Assembly: GCA_049975065.1 (NCBI GenBank)
Contig: JBNGDN010000001.1
Source of the DNA: Hydrogenovibrio sp.
GTDB taxonomy: Bacteria > Pseudomonadota > Gammaproteobacteria > Thiomicrospirales > Thiomicrospiraceae
DNA length: 64,000 nucleotides
Reading direction: 5' to 3' (one strand)
A program made the translations under genes and the position numbers. Position 1 is the stretch's first letter. The number at the start of each line of letters is the position of its first letter. This document shows, piece by piece, positions 10,842-23,351 of this stretch. The notes beneath the pieces are model-generated. The model saw nothing but the letters and a program-made list of their open reading frames with translations, made no database searches and was not told the DNA's origin.

Positions 10842-11132
10842 TTATTTTGGGAACTTGTAGTAGGTGACGTTTAAATAATCCACCACCTGTTCGCGCTCAT
10901 CGTCAAACCAGCCAACATTCAAATTGCTGTCACAATAAGCCACGGCTTTTTGCAGATCGGCATAGTTTTTTGGACTCATTTTAACCAGTGTTTCTTTGTT
11001 GTAGCCCAGCTCGGCATGGCATTTCATGCAGTTGGCGTCATCGTGTAGCGTTTTGCCAGGATGGGCTTCGGCGTGCGCCATGATCGGGGTTAGGAGCAAG
11101 CCGGTCATTAAAAATGCTTGAGCGTGTTTCAT
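10842..11132 (-). CDS. Small monohaem c-type cytochrome
   Basis: Signal peptide plus a single CMKCH haem-binding motif. ATG at 11132 is preceded by GGAGG; the track ORF extends to 11162. Confidence 0.75.
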   Translation of the reverse strand: MKHAQAFLMTGLLLTPIMAHAEAHPGKTLHDDANCMKCHAELGYNKETLVKMSPKNYADLQKAVAYCDSNLNVGWFDDEREQVVDYLNVTYYKFPK

Positions 11133-11440
11133 AAGATAGAGCCTCCAAAGTGAAATATTCAAGATTCGTCCGACAATAATACGATTTCATTGTACTGATA
11201 AACGGCTGGGCTTCTTATTAATGTTTTTACCCGCACACTAAATAAAATTTATCATTATAAAATTGATCATGGTTGCTTTGAAGACTGGTTGCTTTGAAGA
11301 TTTAGTTCTTGGCTACCAATGATCTAACCCGAGATAAGTCACAAAATGCCCAGGTCTGGCAATTTTTCAAGCCGCAAGGCTGCCGGGATGGCTCTGGCTC
11401 CGTGAGGGGTTGAGGAAGTCATGATTCACGAGGAAACTGT

Positions 11441-13189
11441 ATGGTTGAAAAAACGTTTATTAAAGGCAAGGATGCCTGTCTGGAAGAGTCGATTTTGCGA
11501 ATGCAGTCGCTGTTGCAGGCCGCGGGGTTTGATATTGAAGAGGTGTCTTGGTTGAATCCGGTGCCAAATGTGTATTCGGTTCACCTACGCGACCGCAACT
11601 GCCCGACATTGTTTACCAATGGCAAGGGTGCCAGTCGCAAAGCCACTCTGGCCAGCGCTCTGGGAGAGTTTTTCGAACGTTTGGAGACCAACTATTTTTT
11701 CTCCGACTTTTACCTTGAACCGTCAGAGGATGACGCGGATAAAGCGCCGGACTGGCTCTACTTTCCAGATGAAAAAACCATTGCTTTAGAGGATTTTAAA
11801 TCGCTTTTAACGCCGTCGCTCTGGGCGATTTATGAGGCCGATGGGGATTTGAGCGGTGACGACTTTTTGAGTTTAAACGATTCGGTTGAGCGCATTCGCT
11901 GTTTGCCGCTTCGTCAGGCACGTTCGGGTGAAATCGTCTATTTTCCGATGAATCTGTTGAGTAATCTTTATGCGAGTAATGGGTTAAGTGCGGGCAATAC
12001 ACCGCAGGAGGCCTTGGTGCAAGGCTTGTCCGAGGTGTTTGAACGCTGGGTGAAGCAGCGTATTCTGACCGAGAACCTGTGTTTGCCGGAGGTGCCGGAG
12101 GCGTTGATTCAACAGTTTCCAACGGTGGTGGCGGCTCGAACGGCACTGCAGGCGGAAGGCCTGGCAGTGTCGATTCGCGATGCTTCCCTTGGCGGGGCTT
12201 ATCCGGTGATGAATGTGACTCTGCTGGATCGAAAAAGCGGACGTTGTTTTGCCTCTTTCGGTGCTCATCCGATGTTTGAAGTGGCGCTGGAGCGCACCTT
12301 GACCGAGTCGTTGCAGGGACGTCGTCTGGAGCAGTTGGACGGTTTTCAGACACCGGTGTTTGATGCGGAACGGGTGGCAGAGGATGAAAATATTGAAAAT
12401 CATTTTATTGATTCCAGCGGGTTGATTCATGCACGCTTTATCAGTCGGCAATACGATTTTGAATTTGTGCATTGGGATTTTGAGGGCGACACAAGCGCTC
12501 AGCTGGAAAACCTGTTGCAGCGCTTTGACCGTGAGGGGCGCGATGTTTTTTATGCCGAATATAATCACTTTGGCGTGCCAGCCTGCCGAATCCTGGTGCC
12601 CGGGGTGTCAGAGGTGTTTCCGAGACATGAGTTGCTGGAAGATAATCAGAATCGCGGACGGGCCTTGCGTGAACAATTGGCCGCGTTAATGGTGTCTAAG
12701 GCGCCGAATCGCTTTGAGGCGGCTTATGACGCCATCGAAGCGATGGGGTTTTCGGAGCACCAGGGAGTGGCGAATTTAATTGGCTTGCGGCCAGACCCGG
12801 GGTCTTATTGGCAAAAGCTGAAGATGATTGAATTGCAGATGTGGCTGGCGCTGGCCAGTGGAGACTATGAGACAGCGTTGGATGCGTTGCAGACCAGTTT
12901 GTATTTTGTGGATGACCCGGAATGGCACCGGTTGTATATTGCCTTGGAATTTGGGTTGGAGGTTCTGCTGCAGAGTGATTTGGAAACCTATCCCGTTTCC
13001 GTTCAGGCGGATTTGTTTGGCGAGGCCTTGACCGAGCGGGTGTGGCGTTGTATTCGTGGAGAAGAACTGTTTGGCGGTTTGCCGATGGGGGCGGCCGCTT
13101 TTCAGGAAAGTCGCAGTCATCGGGGGTTGTTACAGGTCTATCGCCGAGTTCAGGCGGTCAAAGCAAAAGCTTGGGGAGCGGTGGGCTAA
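11441..13189 (+). CDS. ycaO: YcaO-family protein (E. coli YcaO orthologue type)
   Basis: 582 aa, collinear with my recollection of E. coli YcaO (FIPGKDA..., WLNPVPNV.SVH.RD, TNGKGA..KAALASALGE.FERL, SAGNT..EA.VQGLSEVFER). Confidence 0.9.
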   Translation: MVEKTFIKGKDACLEESILRMQSLLQAAGFDIEEVSWLNPVPNVYSVHLRDRNCPTLFTNGKGASRKATLASALGEFFERLETNYFFSDFYLEPSEDDADKAPDWLYFPDEKTIALEDFKSLLTPSLWAIYEADGDLSGDDFLSLNDSVERIRCLPLRQARSGEIVYFPMNLLSNLYASNGLSAGNTPQEALVQGLSEVFERWVKQRILTENLCLPEVPEALIQQFPTVVAARTALQAEGLAVSIRDASLGGAYPVMNVTLLDRKSGRCFASFGAHPMFEVALERTLTESLQGRRLEQLDGFQTPVFDAERVAEDENIENHFIDSSGLIHARFISRQYDFEFVHWDFEGDTSAQLENLLQRFDREGRDVFYAEYNHFGVPACRILVPGVSEVFPRHELLEDNQNRGRALREQLAALMVSKAPNRFEAAYDAIEAMGFSEHQGVANLIGLRPDPGSYWQKLKMIELQMWLALASGDYETALDALQTSLYFVDDPEWHRLYIALEFGLEVLLQSDLETYPVSVQADLFGEALTERVWRCIRGEELFGGLPMGAAAFQESRSHRGLLQVYRRVQAVKAKAWGAVG

Positions 13190-13290
13190 TTTGTTAGAAT
13201 AGCACCCCATTATTTGTTGGAAGTATTGTTGGATGATTTTCCGGTGGCGACTTCGGTTGGCCCTGACACAGAAAAGACGATAGGACACTT

Positions 13291-14247
13291 ATGAAATTAG
13301 ATTTTTTAGAGTTTGAACAACCGATTGCGGAGCTGGAAGCCAAAATTGACGAATTGCGTCATTTGGACGGGCAGGACATGGATTTGCTAAAAGAAGTGTC
13401 CGCTCTGGAAGAAAAAAGCCGCAATCTGACTCAGTCCATTTTCAGTCGGCTGTCGGATGTGCAGGTCGCCCAAGTGGCGCGCCACCCGCAGCGCCCTTAT
13501 TTATTGGATTATCTCAGCCAAATGTTCACCGATTTTACTGAAATGCACGGCGATCGTGCGTTTGCCGATGATGCGGCGATAGTGGGCGGTTTGGCGCGTA
13601 TCGATGGGTATCCAGTGATGGTGATTGGACAGGAAAAAGGCCGAGACACCAAAGAAAAAATTCGCCGCAATTTTGGTATGCCGCGCCCGGAAGGGTATCG
13701 CAAAGCGCTGCGTTTAATGAAAACCGCCGAGCGTTTCAATCTGCCGATTTTGACCTTTATTGATACGCCGGGAGCTTACCCAGGAATTAATGCTGAGGAA
13801 CGCGGTCAGTCCGAAGCCATTGCCCGCAATCTCATTGAGATGGCGGAGTTGAAGGTGCCGGTGATTTGCACGGTGATCGGTGAAGGCGGTTCTGGCGGTG
13901 CTCTGGCGATCGGTGTGGGGGATGTCACTTTAATGATGCAATACAGTACTTATTCGGTGATTTCGCCGGAAGGCTGTGCCTCCATTTTATGGAAAGATGC
14001 CGCCAATGCGGCGGATGCCGCCACTGCGCTGGGCATTACCGCGCCCAGACTGAAAGAGTTGGGTCTGGTGGATGTGATTGTGTCCGAGCCATTGGGCGGC
14101 GCGCACCGAGACCCGAAGGCGGCGGCCGCCTCTTTGAAACAGGCGCTGCTGGAACAGTTGGACGCCTTAAAGATAGAGCCTGTAGAAACCTTGCTGGAAA
14201 ATCGTTATCAGCGCTATATGCACTATGGCAATTTTGATGTGGCTTGA
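13291..14247 (+). CDS. accA: Acetyl-CoA carboxylase carboxyltransferase subunit alpha
   Basis: [23 protein letters not shown]... and ...[11 protein letters not shown]...[10 protein letters not shown] signature. Confidence 0.96.
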   Translation: MKLDFLEFEQPIAELEAKIDELRHLDGQDMDLLKEVSALEEKSRNLTQSIFSRLSDVQVAQVARHPQRPYLLDYLSQMFTDFTEMHGDRAFADDAAIVGGLARIDGYPVMVIGQEKGRDTKEKIRRNFGMPRPEGYRKALRLMKTAERFNLPILTFIDTPGAYPGINAEERGQSEAIARNLIEMAELKVPVICTVIGEGGSGGALAIGVGDVTLMMQYSTYSVISPEGCASILWKDAANAADAATALGITAPRLKELGLVDVIVSEPLGGAHRDPKAAAASLKQALLEQLDALKIEPVETLLENRYQRYMHYGNFDVA

Positions 14248-14282
14248 GGCCGGGGCGTATCTGACTGGGGTTTTGAACGAGG

Positions 14283-15590
14283 TTGAAAATGTCGCAATCA
14301 AAGGTCGAATCCGCCGTTTCGGCCTGGCTGGCGCAATATCCGCCGCCCAACCGCTTTTTGGTAGCGTTTAGTGGTGGTATGGATTCTGTGGTATTGTTGG
14401 ACGCCTTATCTAGGGTATTGCCGCCCAATCGGCTCCGAGCGGTTTACATTCATCATGGGTTGCAACCCGAGGCGAGCGATTGGCAGGATTTTACCGCGGA
14501 CTTCTGTCGTACGCGCGGCATTGAGTATCAGTCGGTGGCGGTGCAGGTGGCGACCGCCAAGCGTCAAGGCCTGGAAGCTTTGGCGCGTGCAGCACGCTAT
14601 CAAGCCTTGTATGAATGCCTTGATGCCCAGACCATTTTATTGACGGCGCACCATCTGCGAGATCAGGCGGAAACCTTTCTGCTCAATGCGTTGCGCGGTT
14701 GCGGCCTCTCTGGGTTAGCGGCCATGCCATCCGAAAAAACCGTGCGTTTCCAAGGGCGAGTGCACCTGCATGCTCGTCCACTTCTTGATGTGCCTTATTC
14801 GGCCTTGCAATTTTATGCGCACCAGCACCGTCTGACTTGGGTGGCGGATCCCTCCAATTCCGATCCGAGCTTTCGGCGGAATTTCATCCGCCATCGCGTG
14901 TGGCCACACATTGACCAGGCCTGGCCAAAAGCCGAAAAGACGTTAGGGCAAACCATTGAGCATCTGTCCGAATCCGTCTGTTTGTTGGATGCCTTGGCCA
15001 AGCAAGACCTGGATGGAGCAGTGATGAATGCCTATCAATTAAGCTTGGAAGGGGTTTCCCGTTTGGGCGCTTTGCGGGTTAAAAATGCGTTGCGCTATTG
15101 GGCGCGTGAAGTGGCGCTGAATGTCCGCTTAAACGAGACGGTTTACGCTTGGGTATTACAGTGCTTGCAGCATTCAAACCCTGAATCGCATCCGCGTTTA
15201 AAGCAGGCGGGCATGGAGTATCGTTGGCATCGAAATCAACTGTATGCTTTTTCAGAGGCCATGTTGCGCGTAATTGCCGATGCGGATTATCGTGTGGTTG
15301 GGGCGGACTTTCAGGCACAAAATTATTATTTTTCGCATAGGCTTTACCAAGGTACAGAAAGTGACCAGGCCTGGTTAAACGCCAGATTATCGTCCGATGG
15401 GGCTTGGGTGCGCGCGATGAAACCAGAAGATGTGCAGCGCCTCGGTTTGAAGTCGCGTCTGAAAAAATGGTTTCAGCGTCAAGGGGTGCCGCCTTGGGAT
15501 CGTCGTCGCTGGCCGCTGTTGGAAAAAGATGGCGAAATCATCGCCGTTTTGGGCGGTGTTGAAGCGGATCTGTCGCATCGAACGGAATGA
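14283..15590 (+). CDS. tilS: tRNA(Ile)-lysidine synthase
   Basis: PP-loop motif VAFSGGMDS; accA-tilS synteny. Start is uncertain (TTG 14283 or ATG 14289). Confidence 0.9.
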   Translation: MKMSQSKVESAVSAWLAQYPPPNRFLVAFSGGMDSVVLLDALSRVLPPNRLRAVYIHHGLQPEASDWQDFTADFCRTRGIEYQSVAVQVATAKRQGLEALARAARYQALYECLDAQTILLTAHHLRDQAETFLLNALRGCGLSGLAAMPSEKTVRFQGRVHLHARPLLDVPYSALQFYAHQHRLTWVADPSNSDPSFRRNFIRHRVWPHIDQAWPKAEKTLGQTIEHLSESVCLLDALAKQDLDGAVMNAYQLSLEGVSRLGALRVKNALRYWAREVALNVRLNETVYAWVLQCLQHSNPESHPRLKQAGMEYRWHRNQLYAFSEAMLRVIADADYRVVGADFQAQNYYFSHRLYQGTESDQAWLNARLSSDGAWVRAMKPEDVQRLGLKSRLKKWFQRQGVPPWDRRRWPLLEKDGEIIAVLGGVEADLSHRTE

Positions 15591-15693
15591 ATGATTGCCC
15601 AAAAAACGGGGTTACGGTATAATTTGATTCCATTCTGATTATCCAATTCCGGTAGGTACTAGCCAGTTTCAAAGGCATTTTTTAATGATGTCT

Positions 15694-15862
15694 TTAACCC
15701 GAATGTTTTATGGATTTGTGCCGAAATTGCGCAGAACCTTGTTTTCACAAGGAAATTTTCGAAGAAGTGTCGTATTCATGATTACGGCCGACTGAGAAAA
15801 TATTTCTTGTAGAATCAAGGAGCAAGCAAGGTCGGTGCAAATTTGTGAAATATTCGGGTTAA
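15694..15862 (+). mobile_element. 169-bp MITE-like / structured-RNA repeat, intact copy 1
   Basis: 157/169 identical, without indels, to 41664-41832. TTAA at both ends. The 31-nt terminal arms pair continuously (24 Watson-Crick + 7 G-U in + sense). Internal hairpins at 15737-15752 and 15769-15788. No ORF. Confidence 0.85.
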
Positions 15863-15892
15863 CTGAATAATGCTGAATTAAGTCCAAGCTAA

Positions 15893-17527
<1,635 letters not shown>

Positions 17528-17569
17528 AGATCTTGGTTGTAACGCTCTCTTTTATGAAAAGGCATTGAA

Positions 17570-18403
17570 ATGAATTTATGCGGTTTTAAAGTTGGAATCG
17601 ATCAACCGTTATTTTTGATTGCGGGTCCGTGTGTGATCGAATCGGAACAGTTGGCACTGGATACAGCCGAGCAGCTGAAAGTTTTGACCGACACCTTGGG
17701 CATTCCGTTTATTTTTAAATCGTCTTACGATAAGGCGAATCGTTCGTCCACCAAAAGCTTTCGCGGCTTAGGGATTGAAGAAGGCTTGCGTATTTTGCAG
17801 AAAGTGAAAGACGAGATCGGCGTGCCGGTTTTGACGGATGTGCATGAAGACACGCCATTGGATGAAGTGGCGTCGGTAGTGGATGTGATGCAAACGCCAG
17901 CCTTCTTAGTGCGTCAAACCAACTTTATTCAAAACGTCTGCCGCCAAGGCCTGCCGGTCAATATCAAAAAAGGTCAGTTTCAGGCGCCTTGGGATATGGA
18001 TCAGGTGGTATTGAAAGCGAGAGAAGTCGGGAACGATCAAATTATGGTCTGTGATCGCGGTACGTCCTTTGGTTACAACACCTTGATTTCCGATATGCGC
18101 GGCCTGGCGTCCATGCGTCAAACCGGCTGTCCGGTGGTGTTTGATGCGACGCACTCCGTGCAGCAGCCGGGTGGGCAAGGCACCACTTCCGGCGGGCAGC
18201 GTGAAATGGTTCCGGTGTTGGCGCGTGCTGCCGTAGCAGCCGGTGTCTCCGGTGTTTTTATGGAAACCCATCCGAATCCGGAAAAAGCCTTGTCAGACGG
18301 CCCGAATATGTGGCCACTGGGGAATTTGAAGCCCTTACTGGAAACCCTGAAGTCCATTGACGATGCGGTCAAGGAAAAAGGCTTTATTGAAAACCTGTCC
18401 TAG
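17570..18403 (+). CDS. kdsA: 3-deoxy-8-phosphooctulonate (KDO-8-P) synthase
   Basis: 277 aa, [12 protein letters not shown] motif; pyrG-kdsA-eno order. Confidence 0.95.
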   Translation: MNLCGFKVGIDQPLFLIAGPCVIESEQLALDTAEQLKVLTDTLGIPFIFKSSYDKANRSSTKSFRGLGIEEGLRILQKVKDEIGVPVLTDVHEDTPLDEVASVVDVMQTPAFLVRQTNFIQNVCRQGLPVNIKKGQFQAPWDMDQVVLKAREVGNDQIMVCDRGTSFGYNTLISDMRGLASMRQTGCPVVFDATHSVQQPGGQGTTSGGQREMVPVLARAAVAAGVSGVFMETHPNPEKALSDGPNMWPLGNLKPLLETLKSIDDAVKEKGFIENLS

Positions 18404-18455
18404 CCCGAAAAGTTCATAAATCACGCCCCTTTTCGCTTTTATGAATTTCCGGGCT
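18402..18455 (+). repeat. Long imperfect hairpin overlapping the kdsA stop; its arms resemble the 169-bp element termini (miniature relative?)
   Basis: agcccgaaaagttcataaa ... ttttatgaatttccgggct pair as 6 bp + mismatch + 3 bp + bulge + 8 bp. Left arm versus element arm: aacccgaatatttcatgaa. Confidence 0.5.
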
Positions 18456-18540
18456 AAAACCGGCTTCAAAAGCCGATAAACCGAATTTGTCATCCGGCTG
18501 CCATAATCTGTTTTTAGAATGCAACGGATGAAACCAATAA

Positions 18541-19851
<1,311 letters not shown>

Positions 19852-19863
19852 TCCGGGTTAATC

Positions 19864-20265
19864 TTGAAAATCATCTACATTGCGTTCGCAATTGTTATTT
19901 TGATTCTACAGGTTCGCCTCTTGTCATCGGACGGTGGCGTGGGCGAACTGATGTCTTTGCAAAACAAGCTGGATGCGTTTCAGGCGAAAATTGATGCTTT
20001 GGAACATCAAAATTTTTTGCTTCGCAAGGAAGTCAAAGATTTGCAATCCAATACCCAAGCCATTGAAACCATTGCCCGTCAGAAACTGGGCATGATCGGT
20101 GAAAATGAGGTCTTTATTAAAGTGGTTGAACTGCCTAAGGTTCCGGCCGCAACGGAACCCTCAATCACATCGGTGCCTTCTCCTGAAAACCCTATTGAAA
20201 ATCAAGCTTCAGACAAAGATTCTGAGCCATCCTCCGACACCTCACTGAGCAAATCGTCTGACTAG
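19864..20265 (+). CDS. ftsB: Cell division protein FtsB
   Basis: N-terminal TM helix plus coiled-coil; follows eno as in many Gammaproteobacteria. Ser/Pro-rich tail. TTG start. Confidence 0.8.
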   Translation: MKIIYIAFAIVILILQVRLLSSDGGVGELMSLQNKLDAFQAKIDALEHQNFLLRKEVKDLQSNTQAIETIARQKLGMIGENEVFIKVVELPKVPAATEPSITSVPSPENPIENQASDKDSEPSSDTSLSKSSD

Positions 20266-20316
20266 AATGCAATCGCTCTGATTAACCGCTCTGATTAAAC
20301 GCTTTGTTCACTCGGG

Positions 20317-20904
20317 CTATTTGTCGGTGCCGCTTGTCGTACCTTGTTTTTTTAAAAATACGTACACGGCGCCAGTGCCACCGTGCTTGGGTTGCGCGCT
20401 GCAAAAGGCCAGAACTTGAGGCCATTGTGGTAAACGACAATTGACTAGATTTTTTAAAACCGGTTGCTTCGATTCGGAGTTGTAGCCCTTGCCGTGCACA
20501 ATGATAAGGTATCGCGCTTTGTGGGCAATGGCTTCCTGAAGAAACCGAGCAAGTGCTTTGTCCGCCTGAGCTTCGGTCAAGCCATGCAGGTCGAGTTCAA
20601 ACGCGGTTGAAAAGTCGCCTTTTTTTAACCGTTTAAAATCCTGTGCCGAACAGTCTGGTTGTCGGTATTCGAGCGTTTCAAACGCAGAAACGCTCTGGGT
20701 AGAGTTTTCCCAGGCCTGGTGTTTCATTGAAAATGAGGTCTGATTGTCGAGATGATGACTGGGGTGATGCGACGTTTTGGTGCGCTTGCGTGGGCGGAGG
20801 TGTCCTGCCGCATTGGGTGAGTAAGCTTTGGACGTTTTGAGTTTTTGTACGTCCTTTACGGCTTGTTCAAACAGGGATTTATCTGCATCTGAAATGGACG
20901 ACAT
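20317..20904 (-). CDS. smrB: Smr-domain endonuclease (SmrB/YfcN-like)
   Basis: C-terminal Smr domain (LDLHGLT..A...L..F......R.L.IVHGKG...) with an N-terminal basic region, like E. coli SmrB. Confidence 0.7.
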   Translation of the reverse strand: MSSISDADKSLFEQAVKDVQKLKTSKAYSPNAAGHLRPRKRTKTSHHPSHHLDNQTSFSMKHQAWENSTQSVSAFETLEYRQPDCSAQDFKRLKKGDFSTAFELDLHGLTEAQADKALARFLQEAIAHKARYLIIVHGKGYNSESKQPVLKNLVNCRLPQWPQVLAFCSAQPKHGGTGAVYVFLKKQGTTSGTDK

Positions 20905-21030
20905 AGGCTATAATGACAGGCTTTAAAAACGTTATTTTAGCGCAGAAAGTCTTTGTTATGAAGAATTCGCGCTTCCCGTCAGTCGTGTTCAACCGAATGG
21001 ACGGCAAGCCCTTTAAACGAACCAAGCGTT

Positions 21031-21110
21031 CAACAGGACCTTATAAAAAAATTCAGAACCTCATAATAATATTCAGGACTTCATAATAATATTCAGGATC
21101 TTATGAAAAT
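21031..21110 (+). repeat. Four phased 20-bp tandem direct repeats running into the surE start codon
   Basis: caacaggaccttataaaaaa / attcagaacctcataataat / attcaggacttcataataat / attcaggatcttatgaaaat. The last unit contains the surE ATG (21103). Confidence 0.8.
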
Positions 21111-21858
21111 ACTACTCTCCAATGACGACGGTTATGATGCGCCAGGCATTCAAGCCTTGTGGAATTGTATGCAAACCCTCAATGTGCATTCTGAGCTTCG
21201 GCTGATTGCGCCGGATCGGAATCGCAGCGCCGCCAGTAATTCTTTAACACTGATGGAGCCTTTGCGGATTAAATCGCATGGCGAGTCGATCTACAGTGTG
21301 AATGGCACCCCTACGGATTGTGTCCATTTAGGCATCAATGGCGCTTTGGATTTTCAGCCCGATATGGTGCTTTCGGGCATCAATGCGGGTGCGAATATGG
21401 GGGATGACGTTCTCTATTCGGGGACAGTGGCGGCGGCGACGGAAGGGCGGTTTCTTGGTAAACCCTCCATTGCGGTTTCCTTGTGCGGTGAAACCCATTT
21501 TGAAACGGCCACGCATGTTATCAGCCATCTATTTAAAGCGTATCAGACGCTGCCGTTGGATCGCACGACCATTTTAAACATCAATGTCCCCGATATTCCA
21601 ATCGAGGCCTTAAAGGGCATTCGGATCACTCGTTTAGGCAAGCGACATTGTTCCGAAAGGGTCGTTTGCACACAAGACCCGCGTGGTAAACCCATTTACT
21701 GGGTCGGTCCAGCTGGCGAAGCGGAGGATGCGGCTGAGGGCACCGATTTTCATGCGGTTGAACAAGGGTATGCTTCCATAACGCCTTTGAAAATTGATTT
21801 AACGCATTATGAAATGCAAGCCCTGTTAAACGGGTGTTTTGACGGGTGCGTGACCTGA
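21103..21858 (+). CDS. surE: 5'/3'-nucleotidase SurE
   Basis: [16 protein letters not shown]... signature; surE-pcm-nlpD synteny. Confidence 0.95.
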   Translation: MKILLSNDDGYDAPGIQALWNCMQTLNVHSELRLIAPDRNRSAASNSLTLMEPLRIKSHGESIYSVNGTPTDCVHLGINGALDFQPDMVLSGINAGANMGDDVLYSGTVAAATEGRFLGKPSIAVSLCGETHFETATHVISHLFKAYQTLPLDRTTILNINVPDIPIEALKGIRITRLGKRHCSERVVCTQDPRGKPIYWVGPAGEAEDAAEGTDFHAVEQGYASITPLKIDLTHYEMQALLNGCFDGCVT

Positions 21859-21933
21859 TGGACAGGGGCTGAAATGGCTAGGCTGGCAGAAGCGGTCATC
21901 TATCCGAATGAGGCGTTTCAAGCCGAGCAAGGT

Positions 21934-22575
21934 ATGGGAATGACATCGCAGCGTACCCGTAACCGGCTGATAGAGCGCCTTTGGCAAAACGGGGTCAAGG
22001 ATGAGGCGGTGCTGAATGCCATGCGGGTCACGCCGCGCCATGTCTTTATAGACGAAGCCCTAGCTTCACGCGCTTATGAGGATACGGCGTTGCCGATCGG
22101 ATTCGGTCAAACCATTTCGCAACCCTGGGTGGTGGCTCAAATGACGGCTTGGTTACGGGCGGGTCAAGCGGTGAAGCGCGTACTGGAAGTGGGGACGGGT
22201 TCCGGTTACCAAGCGGCGATTCTGGGATTATTGGTGGATGAGGTTTATACGGTTGAGCGTATTGAACCTTTGATGTTGCGTGCGCGTAGGGTGCTGCAGC
22301 ATTTACAATTGAAAAATGTCGAAGTTGCCTTGTCCGATGGGCATTGGGGCTGGCCTGAAAAAGCCCCCTTCGATGCCATTCTGTGCGCGGCATCACCGCA
22401 GACTGTGCCAGAGGCGCTTTTGGCACAATTGGTGGATGGCGGTCGTCTGGTGATGCCGGTGGGGGGCGCTCGACAGCGTTTGTGCGGTTTCGTCAAAACC
22501 GGTGAAAAGGTGACCGAAACCGACTTGGGTGAGGTTTTGTTTGTGCCCATGCTGACGGGGCTGGAATCCGATTAG
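21934..22575 (+). CDS. pcm: Protein-L-isoaspartate O-methyltransferase
   Basis: ...PIGFGQTISQPWVVA...VLEVGTGSGYQAA... Start chosen at MGMTSQR by alignment to E. coli Pcm; the track ORF starts at 21874. Confidence 0.92.
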   Translation: MGMTSQRTRNRLIERLWQNGVKDEAVLNAMRVTPRHVFIDEALASRAYEDTALPIGFGQTISQPWVVAQMTAWLRAGQAVKRVLEVGTGSGYQAAILGLLVDEVYTVERIEPLMLRARRVLQHLQLKNVEVALSDGHWGWPEKAPFDAILCAASPQTVPEALLAQLVDGGRLVMPVGGARQRLCGFVKTGEKVTETDLGEVLFVPMLTGLESD

Positions 22576-22605
22576 GTCTGGTGCGGCTGTTACGATGAGA
22601 AAATA

Positions 22606-23184
22606 ATGAAGTTCTTCAGTTATTTGTACGATAAAACCCTGCGGTGGTCTCGACACCCTAAAGCGCCTTGGTACTTGGGGGGGATGAGTTTTGCAGAGGC
22701 CTCTTTTTTTCCGATACCGCCGGATGTGATGTTGATGCCAATGAGTCTGGCGCAGCCGCAACGGGCTTATTATTTTGCCTGGTTGACGACAATCACTTCT
22801 TTGCTGGGCGGGCTTTTCGGATATGCCATTGGGTATTGGATGCTGGAGGCGGTCTGGCCGTTGATTGAAGCGGCGCATTATGTGGAAAAATACCACGCCA
22901 TCGAAGGGTTCTTTGCGGAGTATGGTTTTTGGATTGTGTTTTTGGCTGGGTTCAGCCCGATTCCTTATAAACTCTTTACGATCAGTGCCGGAGCCAGTAA
23001 TATGGCCTTACTGCCTTTTATCTTGGCTTCTTTTGTCGGGCGTGGTGCGCGCTTTTTTCTGGTGGCGGCCTTGATGAAATGGGGTGGGGAGCGTTATGAA
23101 TCTAAAATTCGGCAATACATCGACTGGATAGGGTACGGTTTTATTGTGCTGGTAATGCTGTATATTTTAATTAAGCAGATATAG
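22606..23184 (+). CDS. yqaA: YqaA-family (DedA/SNARE-associated type) inner-membrane protein
   Basis: 192 aa with multiple TM helices; motif ...FAEASFFPIPPDV... Confidence 0.75.
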   Translation: MKFFSYLYDKTLRWSRHPKAPWYLGGMSFAEASFFPIPPDVMLMPMSLAQPQRAYYFAWLTTITSLLGGLFGYAIGYWMLEAVWPLIEAAHYVEKYHAIEGFFAEYGFWIVFLAGFSPIPYKLFTISAGASNMALLPFILASFVGRGARFFLVAALMKWGGERYESKIRQYIDWIGYGFIVLVMLYILIKQI

Positions 23185-23186
23185 TC

Positions 23187-23302
23187 TAGCCCGAAAATTT
23201 ACCTTTGGTTCTTCGTTTCTGAAAACCCTCGTATTCACGATTGCGACGGACTGAATCACGCTTATCATGGAATCAAGGCGTCAGTAAGGCCAGTGAAAAT
23301 GT
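23187..23302 (+). repeat. Degenerate copy of the 169-bp element
   Basis: tagcccgaaaattt start, then cgtattcacgattgcgacggactga (versus cgtattcatgattacggccgactga), exact gaatcaagg, and ccagtgaaaatgt (versus tcggtgcaaatttgt). The right terminus has decayed. Confidence 0.55.
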
Positions 23303-23351
23303 ACGAATTGAAGATGTGAAGGTCACTATGTGGGATAGGTTGGTTTAGAAG

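Noticed and set aside
11796-12568. Two long antisense ORFs (185 and 194 aa) inside ycaO
   Set aside because: They lie opposite a strongly conserved, well-aligned gene. Their products are Arg/Pro/His-rich low-complexity sequences typical of shadow ORFs, and they have no RBS or family resemblance.
21031-21110. Possible CRISPR array or other spaced repeat cluster
   Set aside because: The 20-bp units are contiguous with no spacers and number only four. No other repeat-spacer structure and no cas genes were seen anywhere in the window.
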